Shown here in pieces: positions 7,964 through 16,749 of a DNA stretch of 40,000 bases; position 1 is the first letter of the stretch; every line of letters begins with the position of its first letter. The position numbers and the translations under genes are program-made. Origin of the DNA: Paranoxybacillus vitaminiphilus (GTDB lineage Bacteria; Bacillota; Bacilli; Bacillales; Anoxybacillaceae); NCBI RefSeq assembly GCF_003259935.1, contig NZ_QLMH01000003.1, positions 54,628 to 94,627 of the forward strand. The letters run 5' to 3'. Below the pieces are notes generated by a model. It was given only the letters and a program-made list of their open reading frames with translations. It made no database searches and had not been told where the DNA came from.

Positions 7964-9388
7964 GTGCTAATAGAAGATTTATTTCGAGCACCTTGGCATG
8001 AGCGAGCATTGGCGGAGTTGGCCAAAGGAATGATGACGGATGAACAGCTTTTGGCGGCTGTGGTTAAAGACTGGGAAACCAGCGAACAGCGACAGCTTAT
8101 GTTGCTTGGCGAGCGATATTATCGTACAAAAATGGATATCGAGAAGAAGAATCAAGACATTACGTGGCGCTCGAATCAAAAGCTGGCGCATGATTTCGTG
8201 AAGAAGCTCGTAAATCAGAAAGTCGGATACTTGCTTTCAAAGGAGCCGACGATTGCGACAGAAAACAAAGACTATCGCAAAATCATGCAAGATATGTTTG
8301 ATAAGCGTTTGCTCAAAGTGATTAAAAATCTCGGCAAAGAAGCGATCAATAAGGGGATCGCTTTTTTGTATGTGTACATCGACGAGCAAGGCGAGCTGGC
8401 GTTTAAAAAGATTCCGAGCGAGCAAATTATTCCGTTTTGGAAGGATAACGATCACGAGGAGATTGCGTCGTTTATTCGTGTGTATGAAGAAGTAGTGTAC
8501 ACGAACACGCAAAAGCAAAAACAAAAGAAAGTTGAGTATCACCATCCAAAAGGGATCAAATACTATGTGCTGGAAGCTGACACACTCGTTCCAGATGTGT
8601 TGGCCGGCGTAGAAACCAATTTTCATTTTACGATCGATGATCAACCATATTTGTGGGAGCGTATTCCACTCATTCCATTTAAGTATAACGAAGAAGAGCA
8701 GCCACTCATTGATTGTATCAAGTCATTGATTGACGATTACAATTTGCAAGCATCGGTAAACGCGGACTTGTTGGCAGATATTCCGAATTTCATCTACAAG
8801 CTTGTGAATTACGGCGGCGTTGACTTACAAGAATTTCTAAACGATTTGAACCGATATCGGGCGGTAAAGTTAGATGAAAACGGAGATGTAGGTAAGCTAC
8901 AAGCTGATTTACAAACAGATGCAGTGGAAAAAGAGCTGCTTCGAATCCGCAAAGCTATTTATGAATTCGGTCGCGGTGTCGATACCCAGGATGAAAACTT
9001 AGGCAACGCAAGTGGCGTGGCGTTGCGATACCGGTACTCGGATTTAGATATGGACTGCAATATTCTCGAAACCGAATTCCAGTCCAGCCTTGAGCAATTG
9101 ATTTGGTTCATCGACCAATACTTGCTTATGACCGGAAAAGGCGATTTCACGAACGAACCGATTCAAATCATTTTCAACCGCGACATCATCATCAACGAGT
9201 CAGAAGTGATCGCCAATTGCCAGGCGTCGGTTGGCATTCTTGACGATCAGACGATTCGTGAAAATCATCCGTGGTACACGGAGCAAGTGGAAGAACGATT
9301 GAAGAAGCAGCAGGAAGAGGAGCGAATGTATAACGGCTATCAAGGAGCGTTTCGGCAGCAAGCGAAGGATGGGAACATGAATGAGTAG
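7964..9388 (+). CDS. Portal protein (SPP1 gp6-like)
   Basis: ERYYRTKMDI...RSNQKLAHDFVKKLVNQKVGYLL resembles the SPP1 gp6 family N-terminal region. Located after terL. RBS GAGGAGGTG. Confidence 0.9.
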   Translation: MLIEDLFRAPWHERALAELAKGMMTDEQLLAAVVKDWETSEQRQLMLLGERYYRTKMDIEKKNQDITWRSNQKLAHDFVKKLVNQKVGYLLSKEPTIATENKDYRKIMQDMFDKRLLKVIKNLGKEAINKGIAFLYVYIDEQGELAFKKIPSEQIIPFWKDNDHEEIASFIRVYEEVVYTNTQKQKQKKVEYHHPKGIKYYVLEADTLVPDVLAGVETNFHFTIDDQPYLWERIPLIPFKYNEEEQPLIDCIKSLIDDYNLQASVNADLLADIPNFIYKLVNYGGVDLQEFLNDLNRYRAVKLDENGDVGKLQADLQTDAVEKELLRIRKAIYEFGRGVDTQDENLGNASGVALRYRYSDLDMDCNILETEFQSSLEQLIWFIDQYLLMTGKGDFTNEPIQIIFNRDIIINESEVIANCQASVGILDDQTIRENHPWYTEQVEERLKKQQEEERMYNGYQGAFRQQAKDGNMNE

Positions 9389-10736
9389 CCGGGAGTATTG
9401 GGCGCAGCGTGCCGCGCAAAGAGAACAGGAAGCGCAGTTGATTGCCGACAAATACCTGGCGCAGATGCAGCAACGATTGAAGGAAGCACAGCGCGATATT
9501 TTGCAGCAGATTGAAGCATTTTACGCAAGGTATGCGAGAGATAACAAAATTTCATTGTATGAGGCTAAAAAGATTTTAACGTCTCAAGAAATCGAAGAAT
9601 TTAAGAAAGTCGATTTGGTCCGATTTCGCGCCATGGCCCTCGAGGGAAATCCACAGTATGAAAATTTGTTAAACGCCATTAGTTATCGCGTTCGAATTTC
9701 TCGTTTAGAACTGCTTCATGCGCAAATCGAAATGATCATGCTGGATTTATACGGTGGAAAAAACGGGTTGCAACACTACACGTATACCGGTTTGGTCGAT
9801 GTATATCACAACTCGTACTATCATTTCATGTACGACTTTGCGATGGCTGGTATACCTGCAAATGTTCAAATACTCGACGACAGCACGATGCGCGAAGTGA
9901 TGTCCTATAACTGGAGTGGCAAAGAGTTTTCGGAACGAATTTGGGGACATGAGCAAGAAACAATGCAACAAATTCGAAAGTCGCTCGAACAAAGCTTCAT
10001 CATCGGCCGGTCCATCGATCGGACGGCCAAAGAAATTGTGAGAGTGACGGATGTGGCATACTCGCGTGCTGAAGCGCTAGTGCGAACAGAAGCAAGCTTC
10101 TTTCATAACTTGGCGGCGCACAACAGCTATCGTGATGCGGGAATGGAGAAATATGAGATTTTGGCCACGCTCGATATGCGAACATCGGATATTTGTAGAT
10201 ACCAAGACGGCAAGGTTTATAACGTGAAAGATTACAAACCAGGAACAAATGCACCACCGTTTCATGTACGCTGCCGAACGACGACGATTCCGTATTTTGA
10301 TGAATCGGAATACACACATGGCGAAAAACGTCAGTCGATGAATGGGTTGGTGGATTCCGTTTCGTATGATGAGTGGTATAATAGACACATCAAAGGGAAT
10401 ACACTGGAGATAAGGAATCCTGGACAGTACTCCAAGCAATATCTTCAAAAAATGAATGATACCTTTAAATATTTTAAAAATGAAGGATTTTCCTTTAAAG
10501 AACATGCTGTGAATCGTGTGCTGGGTCAAAAACAAAGCAAAGGAAAAAGAAAATTTACAAAAGAAGATGTTTTAGATGTGCTTAAGACAGGAAAAAGATA
10601 TCATCAAGCAGAGGGAGATAAAACGGTTTATTTTAAAGACGGCATTGCGGTAATACAAGCTAATGATACCGGTGAGATCGTTAGTATTGTTGCTCGTTCA
10701 AAACCAAAAGAAGACTGGAGGGAAATCGATGGATGA
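9381..10736 (+). CDS. Head morphogenesis protein (MuF / SPP1 gp7 family) with a 146-aa C-terminal extension (toxin-like domain candidate)
   Basis: The MuF core ends at PPFHVRCRTTTIPY (aa 292-305, nt 10254-10295). The extra C-terminal region contains FKEHAVNRV..KFTKEDVLDVLKTGK..TVYFKDGIAVIQANDTGEIVSIV. Confidence 0.85.
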   Translation: MSSREYWAQRAAQREQEAQLIADKYLAQMQQRLKEAQRDILQQIEAFYARYARDNKISLYEAKKILTSQEIEEFKKVDLVRFRAMALEGNPQYENLLNAISYRVRISRLELLHAQIEMIMLDLYGGKNGLQHYTYTGLVDVYHNSYYHFMYDFAMAGIPANVQILDDSTMREVMSYNWSGKEFSERIWGHEQETMQQIRKSLEQSFIIGRSIDRTAKEIVRVTDVAYSRAEALVRTEASFFHNLAAHNSYRDAGMEKYEILATLDMRTSDICRYQDGKVYNVKDYKPGTNAPPFHVRCRTTTIPYFDESEYTHGEKRQSMNGLVDSVSYDEWYNRHIKGNTLEIRNPGQYSKQYLQKMNDTFKYFKNEGFSFKEHAVNRVLGQKQSKGKRKFTKEDVLDVLKTGKRYHQAEGDKTVYFKDGIAVIQANDTGEIVSIVARSKPKEDWREIDG

Positions 10737-11013
10737 TTTATTGAGGTGTGTTGAAGATTATCTTGAAGGGGATTTGCCGCCAGAGCAATTTTCTTATGAT
10801 TTTCCTGCTATGTATGCCTCATATTTCGATAATGCAGATTTAGATGAAAAGTATATCGATGCGTTTGATGATATTTCGGAAGCATGCAGTTGGTACGAAC
10901 CAGATCCGATTCATAGGCAAGACTATAGTGACTACATTGGAGAAGAAGAGTTGAAACAAGTTGTGCAAGAAAAATATCAAGTGATTAAGAATTTGCTAGA
11001 TAAAAGCACCTAA
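10729..11013 (+). CDS. Small acidic protein, candidate immunity protein for the MuF C-terminal domain
   Basis: ATG 10729 overlaps the MuF stop (ATGGATGA), with GGAGGG 7 nt upstream. The 94-aa protein is D/E-rich. EGDLPPEQFSYDF and YIGEEELKQVVQEKY resemble colicin-D-type immunity proteins (from memory). Confidence 0.5.
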   Translation: MDDLLRCVEDYLEGDLPPEQFSYDFPAMYASYFDNADLDEKYIDAFDDISEACSWYEPDPIHRQDYSDYIGEEELKQVVQEKYQVIKNLLDKST

Positions 11014-11044
11014 CCAAACAAAACGGTTATGTGCTTTTTTATTT
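11003..11044 (+). terminator. Rho-independent terminator inside the late operon
   Basis: AAAGCAC-c-TAACC / loop / GGTTA-t-GTGCTTT, followed by TTTTATTT. The stem overlaps the stop codon of the preceding ORF. Confidence 0.65.
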
Positions 11045-11134
11045 CCTCTCGTCTTTTTACTATTTGTAGACGTTAAAGAACAAAAGGGTTCGTGGCCGTA
11101 ACCACGTAAAAAAACGTAGCCAGGAGGAATGGAA

Positions 11135-11695
11135 ATGAAACGCGAATTTCTTGAAAGTTTGGGGTTGGAGAAAGAAACCATTGACAAAATCATGGCCGAG
11201 CATGGGAAGTCCGTTGAAGCTCACAAGACAAAAGTCGATGAGTTGAAAGCCAACCTTGATGATATGAAAAAGCAGCTTGAGCAGCGCGACAACGACTTAA
11301 AACAGCTAAAAAAGCAAGCTGAGGGAAATGAAGAGCTACAAACGAAGCTTGCGGAATTAGAGAAGCGATATAAAGACGAGAAGGCAGCATATGAGGCAAA
11401 AATCAAAGAAACGCAACTCAACAGCGCGATTAAACTCGCGATCAACGGAAAAGTGCATGACGCCGATTTAGTTGCTTCGCTTCTCGATAAAAATGCAATT
11501 GAATTAGACGAAAACGGCAACATCAAAAAAGGACTGGATGAGCAGTTAAAGACACTGCAAGAAACCAAGTCCTTTTTATTTGTGCCTGAAGACAGCAACC
11601 AACCAAAAATTACAGGTATCAAGCCGGCTGAGGGGAGCCCGAGCGCTGGTAATGAACCAGAAGATCCATTTTTAGCAGGATTTAATTCTATTTAA
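11135..11695 (+). CDS. Scaffolding protein (phage GP20-like)
   Basis: Coiled-coil, K/E/L-rich. The N-terminus KREFLESLGLEKETIDKIMAEHGK is typical of GP20 scaffolds. AGGAGG at 11122-11127 favours ATG 11135 over 11129. Confidence 0.85.
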   Translation: MKREFLESLGLEKETIDKIMAEHGKSVEAHKTKVDELKANLDDMKKQLEQRDNDLKQLKKQAEGNEELQTKLAELEKRYKDEKAAYEAKIKETQLNSAIKLAINGKVHDADLVASLLDKNAIELDENGNIKKGLDEQLKTLQETKSFLFVPEDSNQPKITGIKPAEGSPSAGNEPEDPFLAGFNSI

Positions 11696-11717
11696 AACAA
11701 ACAGGAGGTTGTGAACT

Positions 11718-12542
11718 ATGCCAATTAACTACGCTGAAAAGTATGCACCGTATGTTGATGAACGTTTTAAAAAGCAATCTCTTTCGGAGGGGGCCATCAA
11801 CCAAGATTTAGAATGGGTCGGAGTTGAAACAGTCAAAGTGTTCTCGGTTCCAACGGTGCCGATGCAAGATTATACACCAACAGGAACCAATCGTTATGGC
11901 ACGCCGGCCGAATTGGAAAACAGCGTGCAAGAAATGAAAGTGACGCGCGACCGTTCCTTCACATTCACAATTGATAACAAATCAAAACAAGATACGATGG
12001 GTGTCATGGAAGCAGGCAAGGCACTTGCTCGTCAGATTGATGAGGTTGTTGTTCCAGAAGTGGACATCTATCGTTTTGCAGTCATCTGTGCAAATGCTGG
12101 GAATACAGCTGTGGCATCGATCACAAAAGATAACGCATATGAAGCATTCTTAGATGCAACAACAACACTTACTGACTTAAAAGTGCCGTTGGTTGGCCGT
12201 GTGGCCTACATTGGTCCGAATTTCTACAAGCAAATTCGTTTGGACCCTTCATTTATCAAAGCGTCTGATTTAGCGCAAACAGCATTGATGAAAGGGCAAG
12301 TTGGGGAAATTGACGGCATCCCTTTAATTACAGTACCTTCTTCTTACTTGCCAGCTAACGTGGAATTCTTTATTACGCATCCAATGGCTACGGTGGCGCC
12401 TATTAAACTAACAGATTACGTTACACATGAAAATCCACCAGGCATTAATGGTACGCTTGTTGAAGGCCGAATCCGTTATGATGCGTTTGTGTTCGAAAAC
12501 AAAAAGAACGCCATTTACGTACACCAAAAGCCAGTAGTGTAA
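11718..12542 (+). CDS. Major capsid protein
   Basis: Located directly after the scaffold gene, with a strong RBS (AGGAGG). 274 aa, with the N-terminus MPINYAEKYAPYVDERF seen in Firmicute phage capsid proteins. Confidence 0.8.
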   Translation: MPINYAEKYAPYVDERFKKQSLSEGAINQDLEWVGVETVKVFSVPTVPMQDYTPTGTNRYGTPAELENSVQEMKVTRDRSFTFTIDNKSKQDTMGVMEAGKALARQIDEVVVPEVDIYRFAVICANAGNTAVASITKDNAYEAFLDATTTLTDLKVPLVGRVAYIGPNFYKQIRLDPSFIKASDLAQTALMKGQVGEIDGIPLITVPSSYLPANVEFFITHPMATVAPIKLTDYVTHENPPGINGTLVEGRIRYDAFVFENKKNAIYVHQKPVV

Positions 12543-12555
12543 GGAGTGAGCGATT

Positions 12556-12699
12556 TTGAAAAAGTTTAAAAATGGAAGTAAAATTTTAATCGCAAACAAC
12601 GATGTTCAAGAAGCTGCCTTTAAAAAAGCCGGATATGAAGAAGTGGAAGAAAAGCCGGAAAAAGGGACGAAGAAACCGACGGAGAAGGCAGCTGAATAA
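12556..12699 (+). CDS. Small hypothetical head-module protein (47 aa, below track cutoff)
   Basis: TTG 12556 follows AAGGAG at 12541-12546. Hand translation: KKFKNGSKILIANNDVQEAAFKKAGYEEVEEKPEKGTKKPTEKAAE*. It fills the gap between the capsid and connector genes. Confidence 0.4.
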   Translation: MKKFKNGSKILIANNDVQEAAFKKAGYEEVEEKPEKGTKKPTEKAAE

Positions 12700-12701
12700 C
12701 G

Positions 12702-13043
12702 ATGACAGTCCTTGATATTGTCAAAACCAAGCTGGACAATCCACCGTCTGATGATCGCTTGCTCTTGTATATTGAAGAAGTGGGGCAAGCGATTAAAAAT
12801 TTCTGTAATCGCGATGATATCCCGGACGAACTGAAGTATGTACATGCCAACATGGTTGTCGATATGATTCGTTTGGAACGCAAAAATGATCCCGATTCAT
12901 CGCAAGTGGTAAAGTCCATTAAAGAAGGTGATGTACAAGTGGCGTTTGATACGGCTGAAAAAAGTCAAGGAGAGAAAGCGACAGAAGCAATCTTAAATAC
13001 GTATCAAACGCAGCTGTATCGCTTTCGCAAAATGAGGTGGTAG
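12702..13043 (+). CDS. Head-tail connector protein (gp6-like, DNA-packaging type)
   Basis: The N-terminus TVLDIVKTKLDNPPSDDRLLLYIEEVGQAIKNFCNR is typical of the Phage_connect_1 family. Position is consistent. Confidence 0.75.
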   Translation: MTVLDIVKTKLDNPPSDDRLLLYIEEVGQAIKNFCNRDDIPDELKYVHANMVVDMIRLERKNDPDSSQVVKSIKEGDVQVAFDTAEKSQGEKATEAILNTYQTQLYRFRKMRW

Positions 13044-13044
13044 C

Positions 13045-13410
13045 ATGTTGGTTCGGGATATTTTTTTAAAAGCAAAATCGGCGGTAGAATTCATGTACGA
13101 TAAAACAGCCGAAATTCGACGTTATGAAGAATATCAAAAGCTAAACGGCGCGGATGGAATGGATTGGGTGACAAAGCACCAAGGAGTGCCTTGTCGCCTT
13201 TCCACTGTTGGAATGCAAACATTCAACAACACGGTTCAAGATGAAGTGAATGCGATTCAGTATTATGTCAAACTATTCATGTCAAGCGAATTTGATGTGC
13301 GAGCTGGAGATGAGTTTATTGTAGATGGAGTAAAATATGAGTCTGCAAAAGAGCCATTTGTGTATGTAACCCATCAAGAGGTGTTATTAATTCGAAAGGG
13401 TTATGCATAA
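13045..13410 (+). CDS. Head closure / head-tail adaptor protein (putative)
   Basis: Size and position between the connector and the HK97 gp10-like gene. Similarity is at pattern level only. Confidence 0.55.
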   Translation: MLVRDIFLKAKSAVEFMYDKTAEIRRYEEYQKLNGADGMDWVTKHQGVPCRLSTVGMQTFNNTVQDEVNAIQYYVKLFMSSEFDVRAGDEFIVDGVKYESAKEPFVYVTHQEVLLIRKGYA

Positions 13411-13808
13411 TGGGTTATGAATTCAGCGAAGTGCGGTTATTGAAGCAGCGTTTAGTGGAGCTCAATAAAATCGCTCACCAAGTGCAAATGAAAGTCGCTC
13501 AACGTATTGCACAGTTGGCCATCCGAAAGGTAAAAAAGCTAACGCCAGTTGATACAGGGAATCTGAGAAACAATTGGAAATATTATGTGCTGAGCAAAGG
13601 AGATACGTATTACATTCACATTTACAATCAAACGGAATATGCTTCTTTTGTCGAAAATGGACATCGAATTGTCATCGCCGGGCAAACCGTCGGCTGGGTA
13701 GAAGGACGGTTCATGTTGAAACTCACGATGAATGACATACAAAAAATCGCCCCGAACATGTGGAAACGGGAGATCGAAAAGGAGATGAGGCGGATCTTTG
13801 GAGATTAA
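13410..13808 (+). CDS. HK97 gp10-family tail/neck protein
   Basis: LTPVDTGNLRNNW and YASFVENGH motifs characteristic of HK97 gp10-like proteins. Confidence 0.8.
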   Translation: MGYEFSEVRLLKQRLVELNKIAHQVQMKVAQRIAQLAIRKVKKLTPVDTGNLRNNWKYYVLSKGDTYYIHIYNQTEYASFVENGHRIVIAGQTVGWVEGRFMLKLTMNDIQKIAPNMWKREIEKEMRRIFGD

Positions 13809-14205
13809 AGCACTCATCATTCAACAGATTAAACAAGTGTTTGGAAATGTTAGAGTATACGACGAGAAAATTAAGCAGGGGCTTCAAACTCCTGCTTTTC
13901 TTGTACGTATGATTCAGTCTGAACAAGAACGGAAAATCAAAGGACAAGTGTGGCGGACGTATTCATGGAATGTTGTATATTTTCCACAATCGACCGAAGT
14001 GGATAGTGAATGCGATGACGTGTTTGAAACGTTTCAAACGGAATTCCAATATATCGCCAACAAGTATCATGTGCATCGATTAGAAGGGGTAAAACAAGAC
14101 GATGCACTTGTAATCACATTCGATGTGTCTATACGCCTGCAAGAAGTGACGGACGAAACGAAGATGCAAACGTTAGGAGGTGTTTGGATTGGCCAAACAA
14201 ACTGA
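13798..14205 (+). CDS. Tail completion/terminator-like protein (XkdJ position)
   Basis: ORF track. Located upstream of the sheath gene and overlaps its neighbours. Confidence 0.5.
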   Translation: MEIKALIIQQIKQVFGNVRVYDEKIKQGLQTPAFLVRMIQSEQERKIKGQVWRTYSWNVVYFPQSTEVDSECDDVFETFQTEFQYIANKYHVHRLEGVKQDDALVITFDVSIRLQEVTDETKMQTLGGVWIGQTN

Positions 14206-14362
14206 AAAACAAGTGCGATATGGAAAATCGGCTTTTCTTCATGCACCGGAATATGCAAAAAACCGTTTGTTGCTTGAAGTTCTTTTAGATGATACGAAAA
14301 CGTACACGAAAGAAGAAGTGGATTCCCTCTTAAATGAATGGAAAAAGAAGGAGGTTAAGTAA
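14189..14362 (+). CDS. Small hypothetical tail-module protein
   Basis: AGGAGG at 14175-14180 lies 8 nt before TTG 14189 (the track starts at GTG 14180). It ends just before the sheath gene. Confidence 0.45.
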   Translation: MAKQTEKQVRYGKSAFLHAPEYAKNRLLLEVLLDDTKTYTKEEVDSLLNEWKKKEVK

Positions 14363-14364
14363 TA

Positions 14365-15663
14365 ATGGCCGGTGGCACATGGAAAACACAAAACAAAATT
14401 CGTCCTGGTGCTTATATCAACTTTGAAACGAATAGCCTAAACACAACGGTGCCGGATGCCAATGAAGTAGTGGCTATTCCTTTAAAACTAGACTGGGGCG
14501 AAACGAGGAAATTTGTGAAGGTTACACCTAACACGAAGTTTAAAGAAGTGCTTGGGAAAGATTTAAGCAGCATTGTTCCAGTTCGTGAAGCGTTCAAAGC
14601 GACTGGCCAAGTGCTGATTTTTAATTTGAACAGTGAAGGAACGAAAGCAACAGCAACCGGTGGAGGATTAACGGCTACAGCCAAATACGCTGGATTGGAC
14701 GGTAATAAAATTTCTGTCGTCGTTACGGTGAATTTAGATGGGACCGCAACGGTGAAAACATACTTTGACGGGGCTGTCGTTGATACGCAAACGGTGGCGG
14801 ATATCGCGGAACTGCAGCCAAATGCGTTTGTTGCATTCAGTGGGCAACTGCCGATATCCGATGTCACGTTGACGCTAGCTGGCGGAACAACAGGAACGAC
14901 AACGAATGATGCGTATGCTGAATTTGCGGCAGGTCTTGATACACAAGATTTCAAGGTGGTCGCTGTTGGTACGGACGATTCAACAGTGAAAGCGCTGCTG
15001 GCGCTCAAAGTAAAAGAATGGCGTGAGAATTACGGCAAAAACGTTACGCTCGTCACCAACAATTACAATGCTGCCGATCATGAAGGTGTGGTTTCCGTTC
15101 TCAACGGTGTTACGCTTGAAGGAAATGAGCAGCTATCGGCAAAAGAAGCGCTGTATTGGTATGCGGCGGCCTATGCGAGCGCTGGAACAAATTCGCTTAC
15201 CTATACCGAATATCCGGGCGCGGTAGATTGCGAGCGTAAAACACACGAGGAAATCGAACAGGCGTTGAAAGATGGCCACATCGTCTATACATTCAATCGC
15301 GATGCGGTCGTTGTAGAACAAGACATTAATACGTTCCGTTCATTTACGCCAACAAAAAATCAAGATTTTCGCAAAAACAAAATTGTCCGCGAAATGGATA
15401 TCGTTTCAGACAATACGCAGTATATCTATTCCAAATATTTCATCGGGAAGGTAAACAATAACGACGATGGTCGTAACCTGTTCAAAAAAGAAATTATGAA
15501 AACAGTGCTGGATCCACTGGTACGTGTCGGTGCTTTGGAGCCTTACAATCCAGATGAAATCGTCATTCAGCAAGGCGATGAAAAGGACGCTGTGCTGGTG
15601 AACATGGGTCTAAAATTCGTCGATGCGATGGAAAAACTCTACATGACCGTTGCATGTAAGTAG
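14365..15663 (+). CDS. Tail sheath protein (XkdK-like)
   Basis: The N-terminus MAGGTWKTQNKIRPGAYINF is the conserved sheath start. 432 aa. Followed by the tube gene. Confidence 0.88.
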   Translation: MAGGTWKTQNKIRPGAYINFETNSLNTTVPDANEVVAIPLKLDWGETRKFVKVTPNTKFKEVLGKDLSSIVPVREAFKATGQVLIFNLNSEGTKATATGGGLTATAKYAGLDGNKISVVVTVNLDGTATVKTYFDGAVVDTQTVADIAELQPNAFVAFSGQLPISDVTLTLAGGTTGTTTNDAYAEFAAGLDTQDFKVVAVGTDDSTVKALLALKVKEWRENYGKNVTLVTNNYNAADHEGVVSVLNGVTLEGNEQLSAKEALYWYAAAYASAGTNSLTYTEYPGAVDCERKTHEEIEQALKDGHIVYTFNRDAVVVEQDINTFRSFTPTKNQDFRKNKIVREMDIVSDNTQYIYSKYFIGKVNNNDDGRNLFKKEIMKTVLDPLVRVGALEPYNPDEIVIQQGDEKDAVLVNMGLKFVDAMEKLYMTVACK

Positions 15664-15684
15664 AGATAACCGGAGGTGATGAAT

Positions 15685-16149
15685 ATGCCACGCGTGATGG
15701 AGTCAAAAGACGCCATTTCTTCGAAAGAAGGGATGTTATATATCACGATTGATGGGAAGTCTTATGAATTTGCTGAAATCATCAAATTCGATGCAACCAT
15801 TGAGTATATCAAAGCTGAGGTAAAGCGTGTGGGAGCGCGGATGAATGGAAGTAAAATTGTTGGTGCGAACGGCAAGGGAAATATGACGTATTACTATCAT
15901 CGTCCAGAAATTCGTGCTATGGCATTAGAATATTTGAAAAGTGGAAAATCACCGATGTTTGATGCCATGTTGGTGAACGCAGATATTACAAGCGCGGCTG
16001 GAAAACAGACAGCTGTCATTAAAAATATTGTGCCAGATAGCACGTTGATTGCAAAGTTGGATGGGGATTCAGACGATGTACTGAAAGATGAAGTCTCATT
16101 CACATTTGACGATTTCAATTTGTTGGATCAATTCAAAACCATTAGCTAA
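15685..16149 (+). CDS. Tail tube protein (XkdM-like)
   Basis: KDAISSKEG..ITIDGKSYEFAEI pattern typical of XkdM. GGAGG at 15672-15676 favours ATG 15685. Confidence 0.85.
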   Translation: MPRVMESKDAISSKEGMLYITIDGKSYEFAEIIKFDATIEYIKAEVKRVGARMNGSKIVGANGKGNMTYYYHRPEIRAMALEYLKSGKSPMFDAMLVNADITSAAGKQTAVIKNIVPDSTLIAKLDGDSDDVLKDEVSFTFDDFNLLDQFKTIS

Positions 16150-16164
16150 GGAGGAGTTGGTTGT

Positions 16165-16566
16165 ATGAGCAAGTTTAAAGCCTTTTTAAAAGGGAACGTG
16201 AAACCGTGCGAAAATGTTTCACTAAAACTGGACCGTTTCGAAGAGCCTATCATGCTCCGACCGTTGACTGCCGGTGAAGCCGATGCCATTAACGAACGCT
16301 GCTTTAAGTTTCGCCCAGGCAAAGGCGGCAAAATGGAACGAGTATTTGATGTCGTGAAGTACAATCGTGAAATTTGTGTAGCGTCGATCGTTTATCCTGA
16401 TTTGAACGATCGCGAACTACAGGAGTCCTACGGAGTGTTAGGAGCGGACAAGCTCTTTTCTGAAATGTTCCTTTTGGGAGAAGCCAATCAGATCCTTGAA
16501 AAAGTCACTGAAATTTCAGGACTGGATAAGACGATGGACGAGGAGATTGAAGAAGCAAAAAACTAA
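16165..16566 (+). CDS. Tail assembly chaperone (XkdN-like), zero-frame product
   Basis: Located between the tube and tape-measure genes. 133 aa. RBS AAGGAGGAG. Confidence 0.8.
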   Translation: MSKFKAFLKGNVKPCENVSLKLDRFEEPIMLRPLTAGEADAINERCFKFRPGKGGKMERVFDVVKYNREICVASIVYPDLNDRELQESYGVLGADKLFSEMFLLGEANQILEKVTEISGLDKTMDEEIEEAKN

Positions 16567-16745
16567 TTGAAGAAGGTGGAGAGGCGTTCTACGCGCATGT
16601 GGCTCTCCACCGTTTTCATTGGCGTCCGCATGAGTTTTTAGAAATGGACCGAAAAGAAAAAGCGTTTGTGATTGCAAGCATTCAATTAGAACTGAAGAAA
16701 GAAAAAGAGGAACATGATCGCATTAAAAGTAAAATAAGGGGGTGA
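16165..16745 (+). CDS. Tail assembly chaperone, predicted -1 frameshift fusion product (slip at A_AAA_AAC, 16557-16563)
   Basis: The slippery heptamer lies directly before the zero-frame stop. The -1 frame is open from 16551 to TGA at 16743-16745 and encodes ..LIEEGGEAFYAHVALHRFHWRPHEFLEMDRKEKAFVIASIQLELKKEKEEHDRIKSKIRG*. Confidence 0.6.
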
Positions 16746-16749
16746 GCGA

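Noticed and set aside
14412-15008. 198-aa antisense ORF inside the sheath gene. Similar cases: 17394..18053(-), 18237..18665(-), 22285..22902(-), 22610..23287(-), 24777..25133(-) and 25152..25469(-)
   Set aside because: All are antisense to well-supported structural genes. They are low-complexity (Ser/Ala/Thr/Val-rich mirrors of the sense codons) and lack RBS or start context. These are typical shadow ORFs.
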